From: Octopus sinensis | Taxonomy: Eukaryota | Assembly: GCF_006345805.1 (NCBI RefSeq) | Contig: NC_042998.1 | Coordinates: 114,514,001 to 114,578,000 of the forward strand | Reading direction: 5' to 3' | Length of the DNA stretch: 64,000 bases | In this document: in pieces, positions 12,048 to 25,434 of the stretch | Numbering within the stretch: the first letter of the stretch is position 1 | Layout of the letters: each line of letters starts with the position of its first letter | Position numbers and translations under genes: made by a program | The notes under the pieces: model-generated | The model's database searches: none | What the model was told of the DNA's origin: nothing | What the model saw: the letters and a program-made list of their open reading frames with translations, nothing else

Positions 12048-12469
12048 CTACAAAATTTTTGCCACCCTATATTGATTAATTATGAATTTTCTGGTTAATC
12101 CCGTAATGGAATCGGCGGCTTATATTTATTTGCTGCCGATAAATTTGGCGCGAGTGCGATGATTTGAAAATTTTAGGTCAGATATTGCCGAGGCAGGGAA
12201 GGAAATGCCTCGTGAAAATATCTGTTCCGACTTGGCTATTTCTTACTGATGATTCTAAGGGCCTATGGAAGATTGGCTTGATTTATTTAATCATCAGGTT
12301 AGTTTACCATTAAACAGTAGATGAAACGGTGCATCGTATAAGAAATTACAGGGTAAATGTTTTTTATTTTCTCCTGGTTTACGGAATTGATGTTATTTTG
12401 CGGTTGAAGCTTTTGGCTGTTATTTCTAGTGGGTGAATGGCCTATTATGGCCGTTCCTTGATTGTGATG
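9641..12469. repeat. Fold-back tandem array of a ~490-500-bp unit inside (TA)n
   Basis: Forward units 9641-10129, 10130-10627, 10628-11127 and partial 11128-11308; inverted segments 11309-11633 and 11634-12469. Copies differ mostly by 1-bp indels and poly-T length. Confidence 0.95.
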
Positions 12470-12643
12470 ATATATATATATATATATGAAAATCTGTGTC
12501 GGTGTGTTTACATCATGTGTTGATGTGTTAACTTAGCGATACTAGGCTTGAAAATAAAATACACCATAAGTACTGAGATCGATTCATTCGACTACACACA
12601 CACAAATATTTATGTAGTGTGTGTGTTTTTTTATATATATATC

Positions 12644-12724
<81 letters not shown>

Positions 12725-12759
12725 TATATATCTATATATAATATATATGAAGGACTTAC

Positions 12760-12877
12760 CCGTCAAAGACGACGTATGAGTGTTCAGCTTTTGTTGAACG
12801 ACTTGCACGAATATGTTTATAGTGAATAAATGTATGTGCTGTAAATTAGCTCGCGGCCTCAATGAAACCGACATTGC
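12760..12877 (-). other. Candidate 118-nt exon (unverified)
   Basis: Minus strand acceptor cttacacctgttcag|G and donor CGG|GTAAGT; one open frame AMSVSLRPRANLQHIHLFTINIFVQVVQQKLNTHTSSLTG. No homology recognised. Confidence 0.25.
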
Positions 12878-12997
12878 CTGAACAGGTGTAAGTTGTACGC
12901 CTAGTCATATGTCGAAGTGATCGCAAATCAAAATGAGATGATGTTGACCCACACATTCAAACAGATTCGCCCACACAAACGTATACATATGCAAAAG

Positions 12998-13064
<67 letters not shown>

Positions 13065-13307
13065 TAATGTTATGCAGATATATATATATTAACGTCTATA
13101 GTTGAAATTTATAAGACATGCAAATCATTAATTCAAAGGCAGTACAAACGAAGTATATATCTTTTCCTCTTAGTCAACGAAGTTTTACAATTTTTCACAT
13201 ACACACACATGTTGCCTATATGAGCAATCTTTCCTCAAAACACATACGCACACACATACTTAGAAATACAAACTCATATACACACATGTGTATGTGATCA
13301 TAAACAT

Positions 13308-13433
13308 CACGTGATCACACGTGATCATGTGACTGACCAGACCATCAGATGTTGTTACACATCGCTGGTCACAATGCGTTCGCATTGTTTTAGCCTTCGA
13401 ATGACGCCACCCCCCTGGCTAAGCGAGCAGGCC
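13308..13433 (-). mobile_element. 5'-truncated retroposed SINE tail (tail 1) with a 16-bp target-site duplication
   Basis: atgtgatcataaacat at 13292-13307 and 13434-13449; the insert is the reverse complement of the tail at 33035-33145. Confidence 0.85.
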
Positions 13434-13521
13434 ATGTGATCATAAACATACATGCTTATATATGCATATCTATACACACACAAGCGTGTATTTGGACTGA
13501 AATGTGCATATACATACATTA

Positions 13522-13594
<73 letters not shown>

Positions 13595-13602
13595 ATATAT
13601 AT

Positions 13603-13633
<31 letters not shown>

Positions 13634-13644
13634 GTATGTATGCA

Positions 13645-13994
13645 TCGTGGCACGCCGTCTGTTACGACGACGCGGGATCCAGTTGATCCGATCACGGATC
13701 AGCCTGCTGATAAAATTAATGTGCAAGTTGCTGGGCACTCCACACGTGAACCTCTAGCGTAGAGCTCGGGGAGATTCAGCGTGACACAGACTGTGACAAG
13801 GCTGGTTCTTTGAAATACAGAAACGGGAAGAAAGAGTGAGAGAAAGTTATGGTAAAAGAATACACAAAGGTTCGCCACGACCCCTGCCAGAGCCTCGTGA
13901 AGATTTAGGTGTTTTCGCTCACTAAACATTCACAAGGCCCTTGGAAATCGAAACTGCGAGTCCGCTGTCCTAACCACTGGGCCATTGCGCCTCC
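13645..13994 (-). mobile_element. SINE family C head with tail 2
   Basis: Minus strand ggaggcgcaatggcccagtggttagg (A-box) ... ttcgatt (B-box remnant); tail ...gtcacgctgaatctccc...gtcgtcgtaacagacgg. Confidence 0.85.
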
Positions 13995-14047
13995 ACTATA
14001 TATACATATACACATACATACATACATACATACATACATACATACAT

Positions 14048-14125
<78 letters not shown>

Positions 14126-14217
14126 GCGTTTACATATATGCGTACATATATATTCATACGTTCATTTATCCATTCATCCATACATAATCTTGTTAAAACA
14201 GGTTCTCCAACACCCAT

Positions 14218-14248
<31 letters not shown>

Positions 14249-15016
14249 CATAATACATATATATATATGCATATATATAAATGTATGTGTAAACACACTC
14301 ACACACTCATGCACACATAATCATATATATATATATAGGTAGGTGAGTAAGCATATATGCATACATGAGGTTTAGTTTATGTTTTCACGCAATAAAAACG
14401 TCAAATTGAAGCAATTTTCTTAAACATGCGTCTCAAAGTAAATAAAATGCTTTCACTCTCTTTGCCATCAAAATATTTTTCAATCACTACGGGCGCTTAA
14501 TATTTTTTTTCTTTGTCTTCAAGTAAAAGCGTGTAAAGTACAAACAACAACCACAAAACTACATACATGAGCATGCAGATTGCTTATGCACCAATATACA
14601 CGGAATAAGAATCCTGAAAATAACGAAGCAGACTCAAGAAAATAACAACAAAACGACATGCAAGAATTAAACAGGTTTTGAATCCCTTCTCTGTATCAGA
14701 TATTAACCCATGCCGTTTCCTCCGTCAACAAGCTTATTTTTACTTAGACATATTCGATGGTCCCCATATAACCTCTGTGCATGTTATCTTTATGTCTGTA
14801 TGCCTCCCTATATTCATAAATACATACATACATATGTATACGTCTGTATATATGTGTGTATGCATATATACGTATTTATGTTTGTGTTTATATATATAAA
14901 CATACATGTATGTATATTAATATACAAATATGTGTGTACATATATATATATCTATGTGTGTATGTATATATATATATCTATATGTATCTATCTATCTATC
15001 TTTATATATATATCTA

Positions 15017-15047
<31 letters not shown>

Positions 15048-15240
15048 ATATATATATATATATATAACGTACGTGCATCTATGCCTGCATAAATACACAT
15101 AAACATGAATAAATACGCACGTAAACATACGTTAGTGTGTATGTACAGATGTAAAGATGTGTATATATGCGTGTTTGTAAAGGTATATATATCTATGAAA
15201 ATCTATTTATCTATAAGTGTCTCTCTTTCTCACTATCACT

Positions 15241-15289
<49 letters not shown>

Positions 15290-15879
15290 TGTATATTATA
15301 TGTACGTATATATATGTATATATATATTTATATGTATGTATATATATATATATATATATATACAAACATATATATACACATACATACATGTGTATACATA
15401 CACATACATACATATGTATATATATATATATATAAATGCATACTGATATATGTACATATATGTATAAATGTATGTGTGTATATGAATATATATGCATGTA
15501 TATGTGGATACACGTATATCTGAATTGGAGTATGTATACATGTATGTGAATAAACTCGGTTTTCGAGGGTGTTATCGGCAAACGGCAAATAAACTTGATG
15601 TTTTTGTTTGAAGTAGTTTCCTCTATTGAAAGTAAGTGTTTTATTGTCACCGGAATTCTTTCTTATAGTCAGAACGAGAGATCGTGACTTCCTGAAGAAC
15701 GTTATTTTTCTGTCTTCTTATTCACTATGATAAATAGAAAAGAAGCTTAAATCATTTCAGACATTTTCTACGAAACGACATAAGTACACAGCAGTAAAAC
15801 AGCATTTCTTTCCAAGAAATACTGTTTGACTTGGGGAAGACAGTCGAATATATAAATAACATCCACTGAATGCTGTACT

Positions 15880-15881
<2 letters not shown>

Positions 15882-15977
<96 letters not shown>

Positions 15978-15992
15978 TAATAATAATAATAA
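15882..15992. repeat. (TAA)n microsatellite
   Basis: Direct reading of the sequence. Confidence 0.97.
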
Positions 15993-16499
15993 AGATCTGT
16001 AGGATATGAAAAAATTGGCGTTAAAATTTAAGATGAAGAAAAAATGAATCGTGCCATAATCGTAGACGAAAATTTTCCGGAGTTTATTATAAATTTATTT
16101 TGTTATTTGTCTTGTTTTATGGTATTTTATGTGTGAGTTATGGTAAGTGTGTTTATATATGTCTATGTGGGATCTGTGTCGGCATGTGTGTGTGTGTGCG
16201 TGTGTGTGGTGTATAGTGTGGTGTGTGTGTGTATGTGTGTGTGTGTGTGTGTGTGAGCCTAGGATTGTTAGTGAAATGCTGTAAGTGCTATGAGCACAAA
16301 GTAAGAATGTGATTGATACGCCATCGCAAATATTCAGCATTTCTAACAAAGAAATACCTACCTGCATGTATACATACATACATGCATACATACATACATA
16401 CATACATACATACATACATACATACATACATACATACATACATACACACATACATACATATATACATACATACATAAATGCATACATATATCACTAAAC

Positions 16500-16650
16500 C
16501 TCTTCCTATTTTCTATCCTTGTTTATTTCTGTGTTCCTTTCTGTTGAAGAGCCTAGGCTCGAAACGTAAAAGACTTTCTCACTTCCCGAGCGTTGAACTA
16601 ATACGTCTGTTTGTTGTTTACACACTCGTTTCGGCTTTTGTTTTTTGTAA
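16500..16650 (+). mobile_element. Repeat family D, possibly Penelope-like terminal repeat, with hammerhead-like core
   Basis: TTGAAGAgcctaggctcGAAACGTA then ttcccgagcg...taatac...cttttgttttttgtaaa; homologous to 25636-25825(-) and 60122-60330(-). Confidence 0.55.
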
Positions 16651-16873
16651 ATTCTCACTATATATATATATATACGTGTGCATGTACATGCATACATGCA
16701 TACAATATATATATATATTTCGATAAAAATACAGTGTACATTCAAACACAAAAGAGATACCCAAAGAATAGGATATCTGACTCACTAGAAAGAGCAGTTA
16801 AACTCCAAGCCACTAATTGTTGTAATTCCGAAAGTGATTGAAAAATAAAAAACTTATATACAAACACACACAC

Positions 16874-16913
<40 letters not shown>

Positions 16914-16984
16914 CATATACATACAGACAATGCGAATACACACACTCACACATACACACGCGTATATTTATCTTAAATAACTTA

Positions 16985-17350
16985 GTCCCTAACCATGACT
17001 GACTTAAGCCGTGTGTAAGTTATTAAAGTCCCCTGCCATACTCTTTAGTTTGTTTTTGGATTTCGCAGCCCACTTACGTTGGGTCTTGTTGTTTATTTTA
17101 ATATATCTAGGTGTATGTGGTTTGACTGGTATTTCTTTTAGAAATACCAGCACCCTTTGAATGAGGTTGTTGTCTTTCCTTGATTTCCTTCGGAATAATT
17201 TTGAATAAGGTAGCACCAATTGTGAAAATAGAATGGATCACAAATTTCTCATGTGATGAGGTCCAGATTTTTGTATCCGATATAGAAAACTCAGGGATCA
17301 TGCCTTGAGGCACTTGTAAATTCGACACAAGCGCTTTGTGTGGGTGTTGG
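16985..17350 (-). mobile_element. CR1/L2-group LINE 3' end relic
   Basis: Minus peptides HSIFTIGATLFKIIPKEIKE and LVFLKEIPVKPHTPRY resemble the C-terminal pattern SF..RGP.LFN.LP..I / FL..IPD.P..P.Y. Confidence 0.55.
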
Positions 17351-17352
17351 TA

Positions 17353-18625
17353 CGAGGGGCGTTCAATAAGTAATGCCCCTGACCCACTTCCCATAGAAGT
17401 AGAGCAACGAAACTTGGAACAGTTATTAGTCTTTTTCGACATAGGAACCACTCAGAGTTACGCATTTCTCCCATCGTTTGATGCAGCTCTGGAGACCGTT
17501 TTTGTAGAAGACTCTAGCTTGGTCCTCCAACCACGACGTGACTTCAGAAATCAAGGCTGCATCATCTGGGAAACGCTTTCCTTTCAAAAACAACTTCATG
17601 GCTGGAAGAGGTGAAAATCTGAGGGTCCAAGGTCAGGAGAGTAGGGGGATGGGGGATGAGTTCATAGCCGCACGCCTGTGCTTCTGATCTGGTGACACGC
17701 GAGTTGTGGATCGGAGCGTTGTCCTGCAGGGGGAGGATGCCTTTGCTGATCTTGCCCCGCCTCTTGATTTTGATAGCTTCTCTTAATTTCCTCAAAAGTG
17801 AAGCATAATAGACTCCTGTAATTGTGGCACCCTTTGCCAGGAAATCCGTCCTGGTCCCAGAAGACTGTAAGCATGACTTTGCCAGCGGAGGGCTGCACCC
17901 TTGCCTTCTTTGGAGGAGGTGAGTCCCGGTGCTTCCACTGCATTGACTCGGCTTTGGTCTCTGAATCATAGTGATGGACCCAGGTTTTATCCTATGCAAT
18001 CAGTCTTTTGAAAAATTTTGACTCATCTTCTTGGCACATCTCCAAATTCATCCTCGAGCAATCGACGCGTTTCTTGCTTCTGGAAGTGTGAGCAACCTGG
18101 GAATCCATCTGGCAACACCTTTTGCATATGCAAATGTCATGAATGATATTTTCCACAGACCCGGTACTAATCTTGACCTCATGGGCTTTGGCGAATAGTT
18201 ATGCGTCGACCTTCCAAAATGGCAGCCTCAACTTGACAGACAGATGCCTCATCAATGGCAGAAGGGCGACCAGATCTGGGAGCTGTTTCCCCACAGATTT
18301 CCGTCCATGTTTGAATTCACGATGCCAGCGTTTTACAAGGTCATATGATGGGGCATCATCACCATAAGTTACTTTCATTTCATCAAAAGTCTCCCGTGGT
18401 GTGCGTCCTTTCAAATACAAAAACCGGATCACTGCTCGACACTCAACATGCTCCATTTCACACTTGACTCAGTTCAAACACCTGTAAATCGGAAACCACA
18501 ATTAGTTCAGAGCTGTAATTTGCCACTTACTCTATAGTAAGATATAAATAATTGCACATGCAAAATTTCAGCTAGATCAAACAAATGCAAGTGGGTCAGA
18601 GGCATTACTTATTGAACGCCCCTCG
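17353..18625 (-). mobile_element. Full-length mariner, irritans/Himar-like, transposase inactivated
   Basis: 37-bp TIRs (CGAGGGGCGTTCAATAAGTAATGCC..., 1 mismatch); TA at 17351-17352 and 18626-18627. Peptides MEHVECRAVIRFLYLKG, DKTWVHHYDPETK, KVMLTVFWD, QDNAPIH, PYSPDLGPSDFHLF; several frameshifts. Confidence 0.95.
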
Positions 18626-19465
18626 TAGGTGTGTGTTTATATATGTCTTTCACATGGAATAACTTACACATGCGCAAATAATGTAACGCTTATCGCGGCG
18701 TCCGAGAAAATAGAGTTAAAGAATTTTGATACAACTCCAGGAATGAAGGACTGTCATGCTATTAATTTTATGAAGAGTATCTGGAGTGCTTTATTGCTTA
18801 TAACGTTTTGTTTTGCATACAGAGTCCATTATGGGCAGTGATATATAAGGTGGGACCTCGCAAACATGGAGAAGAATAGACGGATAGGTACATAGGTTAT
18901 AAGAACAGACAAGTACACATACGCAAATGGAGACTGAAACACATGACCATATATATACACACACACTTTACTCCGCGCAAGGACACATATGGAGACACGG
19001 GTCCACACATATAGAGATGCACATCCATACATACAAACATGGTACGTAATTGTAAAACACACATATGCACACACAAGGAGACAGAGGTGCACGCATATAC
19101 AAACACACGCTTACAAACACATACATAGAAAATGCACAAACACGGACATGCAAGCACATGAATATGCAGAATACATACAGATGCACACACATTCATACAT
19201 ATATACATATGCATACACACACATATATACATACACATATGCATACATACATACACACATACATACATACGTACATGCATGCATGCACAGACACAGACAC
19301 ACACACACACACAGACCCACACACATCTGCACAAGCAAACAAAAAGGAACGAAAATTTTTAGGAAAATTTTTAGGAAAATAAAAATAAGAAATAAGTGGA
19401 AATTTTACCGGTGAGTGTGTTAAATTATAAGACACAAAAAGAAAAATGGCTCTCCCCAGACACAA

Positions 19466-19497
<32 letters not shown>

Positions 19498-19629
19498 CAA
19501 ATGAAATAAATAAAAAACATGACCTAAAGGATGTTGCGGTACATATGTTTCGGGCTTTATAGAACAACTTATTTTTTATGCTACTAGCTGGCATATACAG
19601 TGCTTACATTTATCAAGTATTCACCCTGA

Positions 19630-19697
<68 letters not shown>

Positions 19698-19809
19698 TGT
19701 GTACATATATATAATTATATATATATATATATATATATACCAGGTGGTGCTATTAAGTTAGACATGCCTGGGCCAATAATGGCCGAAACCTATCAAAGTA
19801 TCAAAGTAT

Positions 19810-19852
<43 letters not shown>

Positions 19853-20497
19853 TATATATACATATATATATATTATATATAGATATACTCCTACTGCTAC
19901 TACTACTACTACGCTACTACTACTACTACTCTACTACTACTACTACTACTACTAGTAGTAGAGGAACGAATGGTATTAATGTGCGGATGTGGTGTGTGTG
20001 GTGGCGCTGGATTTATTTGCTGTACATTCTGCAAATTTTATGGGTGGTCATTCATTCAGCAAATTGAAGGATGGTAGCACATATCTTTGGTTTATATATA
20101 CAAGACGTGACTCTCCTCAATAAACTCGGAACCCAACAGGTGGTCAGTTGTTATACATTGGAGTTTGTTGACCTAATTAATTACTGCTACCGTCTTGTGG
20201 TGAATTTTCACTGCTTCTGGTGTGTATAATCTTAAACATTGGTATGTTCGTTTATTTGTTTGGGTTCCTTCATTGTTCTATAATTTGTTCCTTCGTTTCA
20301 AAATATTTTTTCAAATTCCATGAATGATATTTTGTCTATGTTTTTGTTTTTTATGTTCTCGTTTCTCATTTTGTCTAGGATTTTTTGATGTCCTCTACCC
20401 ATCTATGTATGTATATATACATATATATGTATGTATATATGCATATATTTATATTATATTATGTTATACATACATATAATATATATATATAGGCATA

Positions 20498-20712
20498 TGA
20501 AAGGTGCTGAAAAGTTCCTGAATTTAAAGGTGTTGCGAAAGGTCTTGTCGCAGGCCCAAACTCCCGAGCTTGTGTTTTACAAGGCTTAGAAAAACTGAAG
20601 GATCACTGCAATAAGTGTGTGAATCTAAGTGGGGAATTTCTTGAATAAAATCATAATTAACTGACCCTCATGATTTCCTTTTACATCAGCCCAACAACAT
20701 TTGACCACCCAT
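20498..20712 (+). mobile_element. Non-autonomous mariner-derived element (MITE), degenerate
   Basis: Begins tgaaaggtgctgaaaagttcctg after TA; contains aagtgtgtgaatctaagtggggaatttcttgaataaaa, resembling the mariner C-terminal CV..GEYVE* coding remnant. Confidence 0.55.
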
Positions 20713-21062
20713 TTTTATGTATGGGAGTGTCTCGTTCTTGTTTTCGTATACATTTGCAGCTTTCTTCCAAGGAATCTAATGCTCTAAGCTTAGTTTTTTC
20801 TTGGGGCTGGTCAGATTGGAGCAATCTCGAGTATGACCAGCTGAAATTGCAAAGATAATCTGGATCTCGACTGAGGATAGAAAACTCCGAATGACCAGTC
20901 CTTGTTTTCTTTGTATCGTCTATCTGGATGTTTTGCGTTCTTGTCCCATTTTGTATTTTTTATATATATAAAAAATATATATGTATACACCTACAAACAC
21001 ACACCACACACAAACATACACACACACACAAACACACAACACCACACACAAACACACACATA

Positions 21063-21093
<31 letters not shown>

Positions 21094-21528
21094 CATAATA
21101 ACTAGGACTGGGTTTGAATATTAAAAACAGAACTTGCAAAGTGTGCCATGAGAGTCTAACATGTAAAGGAAGAGAATCATACACTCACACACACACACAC
21201 ACACACACACACGTACACACACACACACATAAAAGTATAACCATACAAGGTGAAATATAATTTAGTTTCTGTAGCAATGATACAAGACATAGAGAAGTGG
21301 GGACAGAATAATCTTTTTTTTTATAAAACAAACAGATACAGCCACAATTAAATTTGGTTTCCTGCCACTTAGATAAATTTTTCATTGAATATAACAGAAA
21401 ACATAATTGCCGTAAATTAGAAGAAATATATATCAATCTATATTCATTTGCAAATGACATACGAAAGAATAGTTTCCTAAAAGTGTATGGACACATGCAC
21501 ATACATACATACATAATACATACATACA

Positions 21529-21559
<31 letters not shown>

Positions 21560-21597
21560 GTATATACGTATATATACATATATATGTATATATATAT

Positions 21598-21645
<48 letters not shown>

Positions 21646-21656
21646 TATATATATAT

Positions 21657-21688
<32 letters not shown>

Positions 21689-21982
21689 AGTGTGTATGTG
21701 CGTGTGTGCGTAAGTTTTATACATGTATATAGTATATTTACATAAGTATACATCTCTCGGCCGTCCTTCTGTCCCCTTACATTAATGTATATGTATGTGT
21801 ACAGATATTTGCTTATATATATATATAAAGACATTTATGTGTATGTGTGTATGTATGTACACATAGTTTAGTACAAATTTTCTGAAAAATTGTAGAGTGT
21901 ATTTACATCTGTAAAGATTTGCACTATGAATACATAATCATTAGCACCATAGAGAATGGTAAGCGCATTCATATGTCCACAC

Positions 21983-22038
<56 letters not shown>

Positions 22039-22622
22039 TATACATATATATAATATGGTTTTATAGATATCTATATATCTACCTATGTTTATATGCTAAT
22101 ATAAAAGCATGTATATATAATTATATCACTCTTTATATACGCGTATGTGTGTGCGTAGAAGTGTACATATATGCATGCATATACCTGCATACGGACACAT
22201 TTTCTTTTATATATACATCTATTTACATTTTCTTTTATAATATAGACAAAGCTTTCTATTCTGGAATCTTTATTTTTGATATTAAATCACGGACATTGAT
22301 ACATAAACACAAAAAGAAATTAAAAAACAACGTAATTGGCTACACTCAATAAAAACTATATTGCAACGTATGTATATACAGACACTAGATCTGCGGACAC
22401 ATCTATATATCAAACCATGTACATATGTATTTGCACTGAGGTGTATGTGTGTGGTGTGTGTGTGCTGTGTGTGTGTGTGTGTGTGTGTGTATTTATTTGA
22501 GAATCAGTATTGGAAATATAAAGAAGCCATACTAATTAAAACTTGTGCACAAAAATTATTACTGATATTTTTCAATAGAGAGAACGTTTCTTTTTTTAAA
22601 TGATACATACATAAGTACATAA

Positions 22623-22654
<32 letters not shown>

Positions 22655-23343
22655 CTATATAGACATATAGATAGATATTCAGAAATAGTAAGCATTAGAC
22701 AATGGACATTATTGCATCGGTCACTTGTGAGACTATAATGAGTCGCTAATTGCTGGAGAAAAACATTTAAATATGTTCAGCGGCCTCACACACAATAGAC
22801 CGCTTTAAGTTTTCCTCTTTCATAGAACAATTACAAGATTGAGCGTTCCACTTTCCATGAAAACTAAAACATACACTCTAAACGAATGCAAAGTAAAAAA
22901 AAAAAAAAAATATATATATATAAGAGGCAAATAAATAAAAAAATAATTATCTAAATTACAATAATATTAAACAAAGGTATAAAAATGAGTGGCGATAAGG
23001 AAAATAATGGCATCGATGTTGACAATGATGATGAGGTTGATTATCACGATGATAATAACTGTAATAATGATGTAATAATAGTGGCGGTATTAATATGTAA
23101 ATAAACGTGTGTGTGTGACTCAATGTCCTTTTCTCGTTCTCTCTGTTTCTGTATACATACATACATACATACATACATACACACACATATATATATACAC
23201 ATAGATATATATACATATACACATATATACATGCGTGTGTATATATATATATACATATATACACACACATACATATATATCTATATATATATGCACACAC
23301 ACGTATATACATACATACATACATACATACATACATACATACA

Positions 23344-23374
<31 letters not shown>

Positions 23375-23559
23375 GTCTGCTTCGCGTCATCGTGCGAATG
23401 TAAGTTTTTCTGTGTACGAGTTTAGAAGACTACGTCTGTATATGCAAGTGTGCGTTCCGGCATGGAAATCTAAAGGGAAAATTTGTTTTTAAATATATAG
23501 TAAATTAGTTATTTATTCAAAAGAATGAGATTTCATTGCTTTCTTTGTTTTATTTTATT

Positions 23560-24560
23560 TTTTTTCATTTCCAAATGTAAGTTGGTGTGTCTGATAGATT
23601 GGATGTGTGTTATAGAAAGTTCTTTGTCGTGTTTCTTCCAAGTCTTCAAATTTTGAATATAGATTTCTACAATTTCAGCTTTTGCCTTTCATGCTTTTGA
23701 GATCAATAAGATAAAGTATTTGTCTGGTATTGTTTGCGATGTTATCGACTAACCCCGTTCACTTATATATTAGTTTGTCTTGTGCCTATTGTTTGAAGCA
23801 ATAACTATGATCCTCTTCACTATTTTCGTATAGGCTGCTCTTAAGAACAGAACTAGGGCCATGGACGAAAAAAAGGTAGAGACAAGAGACAGCACTTTTG
23901 TGAACCAGTAGTTGATGATCGATTTCATGTAAGATTTTGGCTATTAATTCTATACTTGCAATGTAATGTAACCATGCGCACTGAGCAGTACCGTCATACA
24001 TATGGAAAATTACATTTTTTCTGTATCTTGCCTAGTCTTAGTAGTGAATTAGTAGTTTCTTGTACCGACGTATTTTCTGGCTCTGGAAAAGAAGCTCAAT
24101 ATCTGTGCTGTAGTTTAGGTTTATACTGAGCACATGCAACCAGGGTTTGGATATTCACAATGACCGTAAGACCTAGGGTTCTAGCTGTGTAATGTTTACA
24201 TGGTGAGATGACATAATGTTGTTCTTGATATTTGCAATGATATGTTTTCCTTGCTATTGTAGGCTGCAAGATTTGTATGACCCTCCTGAATGCTGCTGCT
24301 TTCGAAGTGTCTTCTCATGGAATGTGTGTAGATTTGCTGTTAAGTCTCGAGGATGTATGAAGATGACGCTTGGATATGAAAGTGTAAGAAGAATTGGAGA
24401 TGGTATCATTTGTGTGAGAGTGGCTGTTGTTGAGGTAACATGTAAGATGTTGATAATGTACAGGAGGAAATGTGTGGGATACAAAACAACATTGTGGCTA
24501 ACAAATGTTGATAGAATTCACTGGGAGAGTAATCACCACAAGTAAAGGCTATCGATTGAA
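23560..24560 (-). mobile_element. Highly decayed I/Jockey-like LINE reverse transcriptase relic
   Basis: YPTHFLLYIINIL resembles LSPTLF.LY..D, followed by ARTLGLT and YKPKLQHRY*ASFPEP...SLLR-like segments in expected order; very degenerate. Confidence 0.4.
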
Positions 24561-25001
24561 GAAAAGGGAAACAAAGAGAGCCCAGTCTTTGATGTTTGTG
24601 CCAGATAACATCGCAGACACAGTCGTAACTTTTGCTGATACTAAGGGTAATAGTTCCGCCGAAGTCAACTTTGACTTACATCCTTTTGGGGTCGATTAAA
24701 TATGTATCAGTTGAGTACTGGGGTCGATGTAATTGACTATCCCCCTTCCTCAAATTTCAGGCCTTGTGCCTATAGCAGAAAAGATATTAAGGTTAATAAT
24801 ATTACTCTCTCCAAATTTCTTGAGGGCAACTGGTGCACACTAGCAATATTGAAGTGTTGAACTCAAAATTCTGACTTTAGATAAACCATAGAGATAATCA
24901 TTTAGGCATGTCATTATTTTCATTATTTCTATGACGATCATCCCCTTATATTGTTATCTCTATCAATTAGATCATTCAAAAACTGACGGAATTTTACCAC
25001 T

Positions 25002-25160
25002 GGCGCAGGTTTGCTTGTGTGGTAAGATGTTTGTTTTCGAACGAAATGGTTCTATGTGCTGTGCTAGTGCGACGTACCTTGGGCAAGTCTCTTCCACTAT
25101 AGCCACGGGCCGACCAAGGCTATGTGAGTGGATTTGGTAGACGGTATCTGAAAGAAGCCT
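25002..25160 (+). mobile_element. SINE family B 5' half
   Basis: ggcgcagg...ccttgggcaagtc...gtgagtggatttggtagacgg...gaaagaagcc. Confidence 0.8.
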
Positions 25161-25194
25161 GTATATATACACACACACAAGCACATATATATAT

Positions 25195-25401
25195 TTTTAT
25201 TCTTTTACTTGTTTCAGTCATTTGAGTGCAGCCGTGCTGCGGCACCGCCTTTAATCGAAGAAATCGACCCCAGGACTTATTCTTTGTAAGCAGAGTATTT
25301 ATTCTATCTGAATTGCCGCACCGCTAAGTTAGGGGACGTAAACACCAACATTGTTTGTTAATAGATGGTGGGGGAACAAACACAGACATACTAATAGATA
25401 G

Positions 25402-25434
<33 letters not shown>

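Noticed and set aside
9641-12469. Array as CRISPR, NUMT or rDNA
   Set aside because: No repeat-spacer alternation, no recognisable mitochondrial gene or rRNA sequence, and no long ORF in the frames translated.
18823-18849. Plus-strand 27-nt microexon (tacag|...AAG|gtggga)
   Set aside because: Weak donor, opposite strand to the other candidates; such matches are expected by chance in 64 kb.
15545-20400. Possible Penelope GIY-YIG C-terminal remnants at ~15550-15700 and ~20110-20400
   Set aside because: Only faint CRL/EFI-like similarity; too degenerate to support without a profile search.
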